Shown: positions 1-8,553 of the stretch, piece by piece
How the letters are laid out: each line of letters begins with the position of its first letter
Position numbering within the stretch: the stretch's first letter is position 1
Notes under the pieces: generated by a model
What the model was told of the DNA's origin: nothing
What the model saw: the letters and a program-made list of their open reading frames with translations, nothing else
Databases searched by the model: none
Made by a program: the position numbers and the translations under genes
Source: Mycolicibacterium smegmatis
GTDB taxonomy: Bacteria; Actinomycetota; Actinomycetes; Mycobacteriales; Mycobacteriaceae
Assembly: GCF_001457595.1 (NCBI RefSeq)
Contig: NZ_LN831039.1
Span: 2,610,001-2,642,000, forward strand
Length of the DNA: 32,000 nucleotides
Direction of reading: 5' to 3'

Positions 1-1218
1 TACCGCGGCGCAGGGCGGCCCGAGGCGACCTTCGCCCTTGAGCGCAGCCTCGACGCGGCGGCCCGTGAACTGGGGCTGAGCGGTGTCGAGATACGCAGGC
101 GCAATCTGCTCACGTCCGACGACCTGCCCTACCCACGCCCGATCCCGTACCGCGACGGTGTGCCCATCGAGTACGACGGCGGCGACTACCGCGCCTGTCT
201 CGAGTCGGTCCTCGAGGCGTTGCCCCGCGACGAGATCGCACGTTGTGCCGCAGAGCATCCGCAGTACCGCATCGGCTACGGGCTGTCGTCGTACCTGGAG
301 GCCACCGGACGCGGCCCACACGAGACGGCGCGGATCCGGTTGTCGCCCGACGGCCGCTTCGAGGTGACCGCGGGTGCCGCATCGGCCGGGCAGGGTCACG
401 AGACGGTGTTCGCCCAGGTCGCCGCCGAGGCTCTCGCGGTACCGATGGAACAGGTGATCTACACCCCTGGTGACACCGAGTGGCTCCCCGAGGGCGTGGG
501 CACGTTCGCGAGTCGTTCGGCCGTCCTGGCAGGCTCCGCCGTGCACAGGGCCGCACGGGAACTCGTCGGCTCGGCGATCGACCGGGTCGCGCGCCTCATC
601 GGCGCCGATCCCGACGACGTGCAGTATCGCGACGGCTGCTTTTCCGTCGGTGGGAGACCCGCACTCGACTGGGCGGATCTTGTCCGTGCGGCAGGCGTCG
701 GTGGCGCCCTGGAAACCGGGGGAATGCTCGATGTCAGTGCCGTGCACCGGGTTTCGACGGTGACCTGGACCATGGGAGTGCACGCCGCGATCGTCGGGGT
801 GCACCGGCGCACCGGCATCGTGAAGGTGCTGCGCTACGCGGTGTCCCACGAGGGCGGGCGCGAGATCAATCCGCAGATCGTGGAGGGCCAGATCATCGGT
901 GGTGTGGCACAGGGCATCGGCGGAACCCTGTTCGAACGGTGGGCCTACTCCGAAGCCGGGCAGCCACAATCCACGACGTTCGCCGCGTACCACCTGCCGC
1001 TGACCACCGACGTGCCGCGGGTGCGCGTGCGCCATCTGCACGTCGACACACCGGCCAATCCCCTCGGTGTGCGTGGGGTGGGGGAGAGCGGCACGATCGC
1101 GGTCTACGCCGCGGTGGCGTCGGCCGTCGACGACGCTCTCGACGGTCGTGTGCACATCGACACCACGCCCATCGCGACCGGCGACCTGTGCCGCGTACTC
1201 GCAAGGACCGCGTCATGA
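1..1218 (+). CDS. Molybdopterin-dependent hydroxylase large subunit (CoxL / xanthine dehydrogenase family), C-terminal part; 5' end lies outside the window
   Basis: Frame 1 is open from base 1 (YRGAGRPEATFALERSLDAAARELGLS...) and runs into track ORF 160..1218. It carries C-terminal family motifs, including the active-site Glu loop GVRGVGESGTIAVYAAVASAVDDAL. The stop TGA 1216-1218 overlaps the next start (ATGA). Confidence 0.85.
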   Translation, partial: YRGAGRPEATFALERSLDAAARELGLSGVEIRRRNLLTSDDLPYPRPIPYRDGVPIEYDGGDYRACLESVLEALPRDEIARCAAEHPQYRIGYGLSSYLEATGRGPHETARIRLSPDGRFEVTAGAASAGQGHETVFAQVAAEALAVPMEQVIYTPGDTEWLPEGVGTFASRSAVLAGSAVHRAARELVGSAIDRVARLIGADPDDVQYRDGCFSVGGRPALDWADLVRAAGVGGALETGGMLDVSAVHRVSTVTWTMGVHAAIVGVHRRTGIVKVLRYAVSHEGGREINPQIVEGQIIGGVAQGIGGTLFERWAYSEAGQPQSTTFAAYHLPLTTDVPRVRVRHLHVDTPANPLGVRGVGESGTIAVYAAVASAVDDALDGRVHIDTTPIATGDLCRVLARTAS

Positions 1219-2096
1219 AACCCGCACCGTTCCAATACCTTCGGCCCGCCACTGTCGCGGAAGCGCTTGAGCAGCTCGCGTCGTACCCCGACGCGAAGGT
1301 GATGGCAGGCGGGCAGTCGCTGATGGCGTTGATGAACCTCCGCCTGGCACGGCCCGGGGTGATCGTCGACATCGGCCGCCTCGACGAACTCCGGCGCATC
1401 TTCGACGACACCGAGGACCTGATCCTCGGCGCGCTGGTCACCCACCGCACCGTCGAGACGGATCCGCTGATCGCGGCGCGGGCCCCGCTGCTCGCCGACG
1501 CGGCCCGCTACATCGGTCACGTCGGTATCCGCAACCGCGGCACGATCGGCGGCTCGGTGGCCCACGCGGATCCCGCGGCCGAGATGCCGTTGTCCACCCT
1601 GGTTCTCGACGCGACGTTCCATGTGGAGTCGGCGACCCGGGGCCGGCGTCAGGTGCGCGCCGAGGACATGTTCGTCTCCTACTTCACGAGTGCGCTGGAA
1701 CCCGACGAGCTGATCACGTGGGTGTCGATACCAGCCGCCCGGTACGGGCAGGGCTGGGGGTTCGTCGAATACGCGCACCAGCACGGTGATTACGGTCTTG
1801 CCGGCGCGGGCGCAGTGCTGGGCCTCGACGCCGACGGCAGGATCTGCGAACTGCGGTGTGCCGTGCTCAGCGCAGCCGACCGGCCACTGCTGTTCGTGGG
1901 CGACGACGCAGTGGGGGAGCGCCCGTCGGCGCGGCTGTGGGAAACGCTGGCAAGCCGGTGGGCCCGGTCCACCGACCCGTCATCCGATGATCCCGACTAC
2001 TCGCGGCAACTGTGTGAGACGGCGCTGTTCGAGGCGCTGACCGAGGCGACCCGCCGTGTCGGGGAGAGGCAGGAGCGAGTGGATGCATACCGTTGA
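1215..2096 (+). CDS. Mo-hydroxylase FAD-binding medium subunit (CoxM/XdhB-like)
   Basis: An in-frame ATG at 1215 lies inside track ORF 480..2096 and overlaps the upstream stop as ATGA. MKPAPFQYLRPATVAEALEQL...KVMAGGQSLMALMN is the flavoprotein-subunit signature. The 480..1214 part of the track ORF overlaps the large subunit out of frame and is Arg-rich nonsense. Confidence 0.85.
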   Translation: MKPAPFQYLRPATVAEALEQLASYPDAKVMAGGQSLMALMNLRLARPGVIVDIGRLDELRRIFDDTEDLILGALVTHRTVETDPLIAARAPLLADAARYIGHVGIRNRGTIGGSVAHADPAAEMPLSTLVLDATFHVESATRGRRQVRAEDMFVSYFTSALEPDELITWVSIPAARYGQGWGFVEYAHQHGDYGLAGAGAVLGLDADGRICELRCAVLSAADRPLLFVGDDAVGERPSARLWETLASRWARSTDPSSDDPDYSRQLCETALFEALTEATRRVGERQERVDAYR

Positions 2097-2589
2097 GATG
2101 TCCGGTGCAACGTCCGGTCAGGGTGTCGAGGTCTCGGTCATCGTCAACGGCAGGCTGGTCGAGCGCACGGTCCCGGCGCGGCTCACCCTCGCCGACTTCC
2201 TGCGCGACGAATTACAGCTCACCGGAACGCATCTCGGCTGTGAACACGGTGTGTGCGGCGCATGTTCGGTTTTCGTCGACGGGCGCGGTGTGCGCGCCTG
2301 CCTGATGCTCGCGGTGCAGGCCGACGGCACGCGGGTGACCACCGTCGAGGGTCTCGACGAGTTCGAGGAGACCCAGCGGCTGCGTCAGGCCTTCTCCGCA
2401 CGCGGTGGGCTGCAGTGCGGTTTCTGCACGCCGGGGTTCCTGGTGTCCGCGGTCGAATTGCTGCGCGACCCCGACACCGAGAAGCCGCTGACCGAGGACA
2501 GCGTCCGGGAAGCCCTGTCGGGCAACATCTGCCGGTGCACGGGTTACCAGGGCATCGTGCAGGCCGTACTCGACGCCGCCGACGGGTGA
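2083..2589 (+). CDS. Mo-hydroxylase [2Fe-2S] small subunit (CoxS-like)
   Basis: Two iron-sulfur cysteine clusters are present: CEHGVCGACSV...C and CGFCTPG...CRCTGY. ATG 2083 is preceded by AGGAG at 2070-2074. Alternative starts are 2056 and 2098. The gene overlaps the stop of the medium subunit at 2094-2096. Confidence 0.85.
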   Translation: MHTVEMSGATSGQGVEVSVIVNGRLVERTVPARLTLADFLRDELQLTGTHLGCEHGVCGACSVFVDGRGVRACLMLAVQADGTRVTTVEGLDEFEETQRLRQAFSARGGLQCGFCTPGFLVSAVELLRDPDTEKPLTEDSVREALSGNICRCTGYQGIVQAVLDAADG

Positions 2590-2651
2590 CCTGACCGTCT
2601 CTGGTCCACGTTCCACATACATACAGACATCCCGACTACCCAGGAGGTTAC

Positions 2652-3872
2652 GTGCCGACACTGCTCGTGGAGGACATCGGACTCCTGCTGCACGGTGACG
2701 CGGCCATCGAACCGGTCCGCGACACCACGCTGCTGATCGAAGACGGTCGCATCGCCGGGATCGGGGTCGACCACCCGAACCCCGATCAGGTCCTGTCCGC
2801 GGGCGGGCTGACCGTGATGCCAGGGCTCGTCGACGGCCACGTGCACCCCACCTTCGGGGAATGGACGCCCGCGCAGAACTCGATCGGATGGATCGGCAAC
2901 TATCTGCAGGGCGGCACCACGTCGATGGTGTCGGCAGGCGAACTGCACATCCCCGGACTGGATTTTTCGAACCTGACCCCCGAGCTGGTGCTCAGCATCG
3001 CGATCACCTCGCGACACACCACGGGCAGGTCACGGCCGTCCGGTGTCAAGGTCGAGGCGGGCACGGTGCTGCTGGTGCCGGGGATGACCGAGGAACACTT
3101 CGACCGCGCGCACCGTGAGGGCATCAAACACCTCAAGTTCATCTTCTACGACTGGAACCGCCTGGGTGACGGCGAGGCCCAGCGGTATGTCGAATGGGCC
3201 CACCAACGCGGCATGACCGTGAAGATGCACTCCGGCGGGGTGTCACGGTCCGGTGCGAGCCGGGTGGCCGGACGCGACGTGGCCGTCGCCGTGCAACCCG
3301 ACATCATCGGCCACATCTCCGGCGGCCCCATCCCGGCACCCGACGACGACATCGTGGGCATCATCGCGGACCTGCCCTCGGCGAGTGTCGAAGTGTGCAG
3401 TTCGATGAACTACCGGGCGACCAAGCTCGTGGTCGACGAACTGTCGGCACGCGGCGAGTTGCACCGCCTGACGTTGGGCACCGACACACCGGGCGGCACA
3501 GGCGTCATCCCGCGCGGGATGCTGCGCAACGTGTGCTTCCTGGCCTCGGTCTGCGGTGTCGATCCGCTGACCGCTGTCGCCGCCGCCACCGGGCAGACCG
3601 CCAAGGCGCACGGCCTGTACACGGGCGTGCTGGTCGAGGGGGCACCCGCTGATCTGGTCGTCCTCGGTCCGATCACGGGGTCGACGGCAGGCGACGCGCT
3701 CGAATCGTTCGCGTTGGGCGACCTGCCGGGCATCGCGGCCGTACTCGTCGACGGGGTGCCACTGGTCAAGACGCGCAGCCAGCAGACGCCACCCCCGAGT
3801 CGCTCGGTGCACTGGCACGGTGATCTGCGCCTGCCGGCCGCGGCGGCGGCACGCAGCGCGGGATGCTGCTGA
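2652..3872 (+). CDS. Amidohydrolase-superfamily metallohydrolase, enamidase-like (cyclic amide/enamide ring opening suspected)
   Basis: GTG 2652 is preceded by AGGAGG at 2642-2647. It has the GLVDGHVHP metal-binding HxH motif, followed by VKMHSGG, IGHISGGP, GTDTPGGTGVIP and LVDGVPLVKTR. The whole-length pattern matches my recollection of enamidase-type amidohydrolases, so this is a family-level call only. Confidence 0.7.
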   Translation: MPTLLVEDIGLLLHGDAAIEPVRDTTLLIEDGRIAGIGVDHPNPDQVLSAGGLTVMPGLVDGHVHPTFGEWTPAQNSIGWIGNYLQGGTTSMVSAGELHIPGLDFSNLTPELVLSIAITSRHTTGRSRPSGVKVEAGTVLLVPGMTEEHFDRAHREGIKHLKFIFYDWNRLGDGEAQRYVEWAHQRGMTVKMHSGGVSRSGASRVAGRDVAVAVQPDIIGHISGGPIPAPDDDIVGIIADLPSASVEVCSSMNYRATKLVVDELSARGELHRLTLGTDTPGGTGVIPRGMLRNVCFLASVCGVDPLTAVAAATGQTAKAHGLYTGVLVEGAPADLVVLGPITGSTAGDALESFALGDLPGIAAVLVDGVPLVKTRSQQTPPPSRSVHWHGDLRLPAAAAARSAGCC

Positions 3873-3907
3873 TCCCCGCCGGAAACCGACACACACAGGA
3901 GTACACG

Positions 3908-5107
3908 ATGACCAACAGCGCTGTCGCACAACCTCGTTCGCAGCGCCGTGGCGCCGACGACCTGATCGGGATCAACGCCGTGCTCAGCGCCGAGGAGCGC
4001 GAGATCCGCGACACCGTGCGCAGCGTCGTCCAGCGCAGGATCAAGCCGCACATCGCGTCCTGGTACGAGGACGGTGAGCTGCCCGCGCGCGAACTGGCCG
4101 TCGAACTGGGCGAGCTCGGCCTCTTGGGCATGCACCTGAAGGGCTACGGGTGCGCCGGGATGTCCGCGGTCGCATACGGATTGGCGTGCCTTGAGCTCGA
4201 AGCGGGCGACTCGGGGATCCGTTCGCTGGTGAGCGTCCAGGGATCGTTGGCGATGTACGCGATCCACGCCTTCGGCAGCGACGAGCAGAAGGACCAGTGG
4301 TTGCCCGACATGGCGAGCGGTCACCGCATCGGGTGCTTCGGCCTCACCGAACCCGACCACGGTTCCGACCCTGCGGGTATGCGCACCAGGGCCACCCGCT
4401 CAGGTGACGACTGGATCCTCACCGGGACCAAGATGTGGATCACCAACGGGTCGGTGGCCGACGTCGCGGTCGTCTGGGCGCGTACCGACGAGGGGATCCG
4501 CGGATTCGTCGTCCCCACCGACACCCCGGGATTCACCGCGAACACCATCAAATCCAAGATGTCGCTGCGCGCCTCGGTGACCAGCGAGCTCGTTCTCGAC
4601 GGGGTGCGGCTCCCCGACAGCGCCAGGTTGCCCGGGGCGACGAGCCTGGGTGCGCCGCTGCGGTGTCTCAACGAGGCGCGGTTCGGGATCGTCTTCGGTG
4701 CGCTCGGCGCGGCACGCGACTGCCTGGAGACGGCGCTGGCCTACGCCTGCTCACGCGAACAGTTCGACCGCCCCATCGGCGGGTTCCAGCTCACTCAGCA
4801 GAAGCTCGCCGACATGACGCTGGAGTACGGCAAGGGATTCCTGCTGGCGCTGCACCTCGGCCGGCAGAAAGACGCCGGTGAGCTGGCCCCCGAGCAGGTC
4901 AGCCTCGGCAAGCTCAACAACGTGCGCGAAGCCATCGAGATCGCCCGCACCGCCCGCACGGTGCTCGGCGCCAGCGGCATCACCGGGGAGTATCCCGTGA
5001 TGCGGCACGCCAACAACCTCGAATCGGTGTTGACCTACGAAGGCACCAGCGAGATGCATACGCTGATCATCGGGCAGGCACTCACCGGCGTCGGCGCCTT
5101 CCGCTGA
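3908..5107 (+). CDS. gcdH: Glutaryl-CoA dehydrogenase
   Basis: ATG 3908 is preceded by CAGGAG. The protein is collinear with GCDH-type acyl-CoA dehydrogenases: GCFGLTEPDHGSDPAGMRTRA, GTKMWITNGSVADVAVVWAR, IRGF, SLRASVTSELVLDGVRLP, LNEARFGI, FQLTQQKLADM, and C-terminal TYEGTSEMHTLIIGQALTG. The track ORF start at 3863 is an upstream extension. Confidence 0.85.
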   Translation: MTNSAVAQPRSQRRGADDLIGINAVLSAEEREIRDTVRSVVQRRIKPHIASWYEDGELPARELAVELGELGLLGMHLKGYGCAGMSAVAYGLACLELEAGDSGIRSLVSVQGSLAMYAIHAFGSDEQKDQWLPDMASGHRIGCFGLTEPDHGSDPAGMRTRATRSGDDWILTGTKMWITNGSVADVAVVWARTDEGIRGFVVPTDTPGFTANTIKSKMSLRASVTSELVLDGVRLPDSARLPGATSLGAPLRCLNEARFGIVFGALGAARDCLETALAYACSREQFDRPIGGFQLTQQKLADMTLEYGKGFLLALHLGRQKDAGELAPEQVSLGKLNNVREAIEIARTARTVLGASGITGEYPVMRHANNLESVLTYEGTSEMHTLIIGQALTGVGAFR

Positions 5108-5145
5108 TCCCGGCACCGTCTGCCCGCCACGACGTCAGGAGGCAC

Positions 5146-7305
5146 ATGGCCGGCCCTCGGAAAGAGGCTCTCGACGACCACTTCACCACGGTCGTCTCGC
5201 AACTGTCGGCGCCTGCGGTTCGCCAGGCGTGGCCCGACACTGCGCTGAGCACCGACATGGCGCTGACACTGTTCGACGCCCAGCTGGCCAGCCGCCACCT
5301 GGACCTCGCGGCCAGGTGGCTGCGGGCACAGGGCAAGGGTTTCTACACCATCGGCTCGTCGGGGCACGAGGGCAACGCCGCGGTCGCCGCGGCCCTGCGG
5401 CTCACCGACCCGGCCCTGCTGCACTACCGCTCGGGCGGGTTCTACGCCGCGAGGGCCGCGCAGGCGTGCGGCACCGACCCGATCCGCGACGTGCTGCTCG
5501 GCGTCCTGGCGGCCACGTCCGAGCCGATCTCGGGTGGCCGGCACAAGGTGTTCGGCCGGCACGATCTCAACGTCATCCCGCAGACCTCGACCATCGCCTC
5601 GCATCTGCCCCGCGCGGTGGGGGTGGCGTTCGCGATCGCGCGTGCCCGCAAGCTCGGCGTGCCGTGTGCGTGGCCCGACGACGCGGTGACGGTGTGCAGT
5701 TTCGGCGACGCCTCGGCGAACCACTCGACAGCCGTCGGCGCGATCAACGCCGCACTGCATGCCGCCTACCAGGGCCTGCCCATGCCGCTGTTGTTCGTGT
5801 GTGAGGACAACGGCATCGGCATCAGCACCAGGACCCCGCGCGGCTGGATCGCCAACGCCTACGGCAACCGACCCGGCCTGCAGTACTTCGCCGCCGACGG
5901 CAGCGACCTGTCCTCGGCGTACGACACCGCGCAGGCCGCGGCGGACTGGGTGCGCAGACACCGCAAACCGGCGTTCCTGCATCTGAGCACCGTCCGGCTG
6001 ATGGGCCACGCCGGCTCCGATTACGAGCCGTCCTACCGTAGGCCCGAGGAGATCGTCGCCGACTTCGACCGCGACCCGGTGCTCAACACCGCGAAAATGC
6101 TTGTCGCACACGGAATTCTGTCACCCGATCAGGCGCTGCAGCGCTATGAGGACAAGCGGGCGGAGGTCATCGACTGCGCGCGTGAACTGAGCGCCGCGCC
6201 GCAACTCGGCAGCGCCGAGGCCGTGCTGGAACCGCTGCGCGAGGCCCTCGACGAGGCGAAAGAGGTGTCGGTCGCTCCGGCCGCGGGCGACACCCCACTC
6301 ACGCTCGCGCTGGCCGTCAACCGGGCGTTGCACGACGTGCTCGCCGAGTATCCCGAGGCCCTGGTGTTCGGTGAGGACGTCGCACGCAAGGGCGGGGTGT
6401 ACGGGGTGACCCGAGGGTTGCAGGCCGCGGCGGGCCCGGCCCGCGTGTTCGACACCCTGCTCGACGAGCAGACCATCCTGGGTCTGGCGCTCGGCGCGGG
6501 CGTGTCCGGTCTGCTGCCCATCCCCGAGATCCAGTACCTCGCCTACCTGCACAATGCGGCCGACCAGATCCGGGGTGAGGGGGCCACGCTTCAGTTCTTC
6601 TCCAACCGCCAGTACCGCAACCCCATGGTCGTGCGGATCGCGGGCTACGGCTATCAGAAGGGTTTCGGCGGGCATTTCCACAACGACAACTCGATCGCCG
6701 CGATCCGCGACATCCCCGGTGTGGTGATCGCGTCCCCGGCGCGTCCCGACGATGCGGCGGCGATGCTGCACACGTGTGTGGCCGCGGCGAAAACCGCTGG
6801 GGCGCTGTGCGTCTACCTCGAGCCGATCGCGCTGTACCACACCAAGGACCTCCACGAGGACGGCGATCAGGGCTGGTTGGCGCCGTATCCGGGGCAGCCG
6901 GTGCCCATCGGGCGCGCCCGCACCTACGGCGACGGGAACGACCTGACGATCCTCACGTTCGGCAACGGTCTGTGGATGAGCCTGCGGGTGGCCCGGCGAC
7001 TCGAACAGCGCGACATCGCCGTGCGGGTCGTGGACCTGCGATGGCTCGCGCCGCTGCCGGTGGACGACATGGCACGCGAGGCCGCCGCGACGGGGCGTGT
7101 CCTCATCGTCGACGAGACCCGGCAGACCGGTGGTGTCGGCGAGGGCGTGCTGGCCGAACTGCTCGCGCGCGGATACACGGGCCGTGTGGAGCGGGTGGCC
7201 AGCGCCGACAGCTTCATCCCGCTCGGCGACGCCGCGTTGCAGGTGCTGCTGTCCGAGGACACCATCGAGGCGGCGGCGGTGAAACTCCTCACCGAGGGAT
7301 CTTGA
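5146..7305 (+). CDS. TPP-dependent 2-oxoacid dehydrogenase E1 component, alpha and beta subunits fused in one 719-aa chain
   Basis: ATG 5146 is preceded by AGGAGG. The N-terminal half has an E1-alpha TPP motif (FGDASANHS...LLFVCEDNGIGIS). The C-terminal half is E1-beta-like (LTLALAVNRALHDVL...LVFGEDVARKGGVYGVTRGL...RVFDTLLDEQTILG...EIQYLAYL). Confidence 0.8.
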   Translation: MAGPRKEALDDHFTTVVSQLSAPAVRQAWPDTALSTDMALTLFDAQLASRHLDLAARWLRAQGKGFYTIGSSGHEGNAAVAAALRLTDPALLHYRSGGFYAARAAQACGTDPIRDVLLGVLAATSEPISGGRHKVFGRHDLNVIPQTSTIASHLPRAVGVAFAIARARKLGVPCAWPDDAVTVCSFGDASANHSTAVGAINAALHAAYQGLPMPLLFVCEDNGIGISTRTPRGWIANAYGNRPGLQYFAADGSDLSSAYDTAQAAADWVRRHRKPAFLHLSTVRLMGHAGSDYEPSYRRPEEIVADFDRDPVLNTAKMLVAHGILSPDQALQRYEDKRAEVIDCARELSAAPQLGSAEAVLEPLREALDEAKEVSVAPAAGDTPLTLALAVNRALHDVLAEYPEALVFGEDVARKGGVYGVTRGLQAAAGPARVFDTLLDEQTILGLALGAGVSGLLPIPEIQYLAYLHNAADQIRGEGATLQFFSNRQYRNPMVVRIAGYGYQKGFGGHFHNDNSIAAIRDIPGVVIASPARPDDAAAMLHTCVAAAKTAGALCVYLEPIALYHTKDLHEDGDQGWLAPYPGQPVPIGRARTYGDGNDLTILTFGNGLWMSLRVARRLEQRDIAVRVVDLRWLAPLPVDDMAREAAATGRVLIVDETRQTGGVGEGVLAELLARGYTGRVERVASADSFIPLGDAALQVLLSEDTIEAAAVKLLTEGS

Positions 7306-7317
7306 TAGCTTGGCCGG

Positions 7318-8553
7318 ATGGCCGAACCGGTAGCACACACGCCCGATCCGACGCGCCCGTTGGCCGGCGTGCGGATCATCGAGATTTCCAGCTTCGTGGC
7401 CGTGCCGCTGGCCGGTATGACGCTCGCGCAGCTCGGCGCCGAGGTGGTCCGCGTCGACCCGATCGGCGGGGCCGCCGACTACCACCGCTGGCCGGTCACG
7501 GACGGCGGCGACAGCATCTACTGGGCCGGTCTGAACAAGGGCAAACGGTCGGTGGCCGCCGACATGCGCTCGCCCGAAGGGCAGCAGGTGGTGCAGAGGC
7601 TCATCGCCGAGAGCGGTGTGCTGATCACCAATGCCGCTGGGCGACAATGGCATTCCTACGAGGAACTCGCGGCGCTGCGGTCCGATCTGATCCACGTCGA
7701 GGTGTCCGGCCGCGCCGACGGCGGCACCGGGGTCGATTACACCGTCAACGCGGCGCTCGGATTCCCGCTCGTCACAGGGCCTGCGGAGGTTTCCACACCG
7801 GTCAACCACGTGCTGCCGGCCTGGGACGTGAGCTGCGGGCTGTACGTGGCGCTCGCGGTGACCGCGGCCCTGCGCCACCGCGACGCCACCGGTGAGGGCG
7901 CCCGCATCAGCGTCCCGCTGGAGAACGTCGCCCTTGCCACGACGGGCAACCTGGGGTTCCTCACCGAGGTGATGATCAACGGTACGTCCCGGGAACGCCT
8001 GGGCAACAGCCTGTTCGGCACGTACGGCCAGAACTTCACCAGCAGTGACGGGGTCTTCTTCATGCTCGTCGCGCTCACGGGGCGGCACTTCCGTGACCTC
8101 ACCGAGGTCACCGGCACCACCAAAGCCGTTGCGGCGCTGGGCGAGGCACTGGGCGCCGATTTCACCGACGAGGGGCAGCGCTACACCCACCGCGACGCGC
8201 TGACCGGTCTGTTCACCCTGTGGTTCAGCGAGCACACCGCCGACGAGATCACCGAGGCGCTTTCGGGCACCTCGGTGTTGTGGGAGCGTTACCGCACCTT
8301 CGCCGAGACGGCAGGCGACCGCCGCGTCACCGACAACCCGCTGTTCACCCCGCTCGACCAGCCGCGGATCGGCCGGTATCTCGCACCGGGCCTGCCGGTG
8401 TCGATCGGCGGGGTGTACCCGGCCGCGGTCGCCGCGCCTGCGCTGGGCGACGACACCGCCGCGGTGCTCGCCGAACACCTCGGACTCAGCGCCGAGAAGA
8501 TCGCCGAGCTCACCGAATCCGGCATCGTCGCAACCGGTTCCGCGCAGAAGTGA
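7318..8553 (+). CDS. Family III CoA-transferase (CaiB/BaiF type)
   Basis: The N-terminus RPLAGVRIIEISSFVAVPLAGMTLAQLGAEVVRVDP...YWAGLNKGKRSV is the canonical family III opening. The gene lies 12 nt after the E1 stop, and its own stop overlaps the next start (GTGA). Confidence 0.85.
   Translation: MAEPVAHTPDPTRPLAGVRIIEISSFVAVPLAGMTLAQLGAEVVRVDPIGGAADYHRWPVTDGGDSIYWAGLNKGKRSVAADMRSPEGQQVVQRLIAESGVLITNAAGRQWHSYEELAALRSDLIHVEVSGRADGGTGVDYTVNAALGFPLVTGPAEVSTPVNHVLPAWDVSCGLYVALAVTAALRHRDATGEGARISVPLENVALATTGNLGFLTEVMINGTSRERLGNSLFGTYGQNFTSSDGVFFMLVALTGRHFRDLTEVTGTTKAVAALGEALGADFTDEGQRYTHRDALTGLFTLWFSEHTADEITEALSGTSVLWERYRTFAETAGDRRVTDNPLFTPLDQPRIGRYLAPGLPVSIGGVYPAAVAAPALGDDTAAVLAEHLGLSAEKIAELTESGIVATGSAQK

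Noticed and set aside
480-1214. N-terminal 245 codons of track ORF 480..2096
   Set aside because: This part is out of frame with, and fully inside, the Mo-hydroxylase large subunit. Recognisable FAD-subunit sequence begins only at ATG 1215, which overlaps the upstream stop.
2615-2630. ACAT-ACAT-ACAG-ACAT tetranucleotide run in the CoxS / amidohydrolase spacer
   Set aside because: It has only four units, one of them imperfect, and lies in a short AT-rich spacer just upstream of a strong SD sequence. It is most simply ordinary intergenic/possible internal promoter DNA and is too short to treat as a microsatellite.
5035-6111. 358-aa minus-strand ORF
   Set aside because: It is antisense to the 5' half of the fused E1 gene and to the end of gcdH. 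It has no recognisable domain and an Arg/Gly/Val-rich composition.
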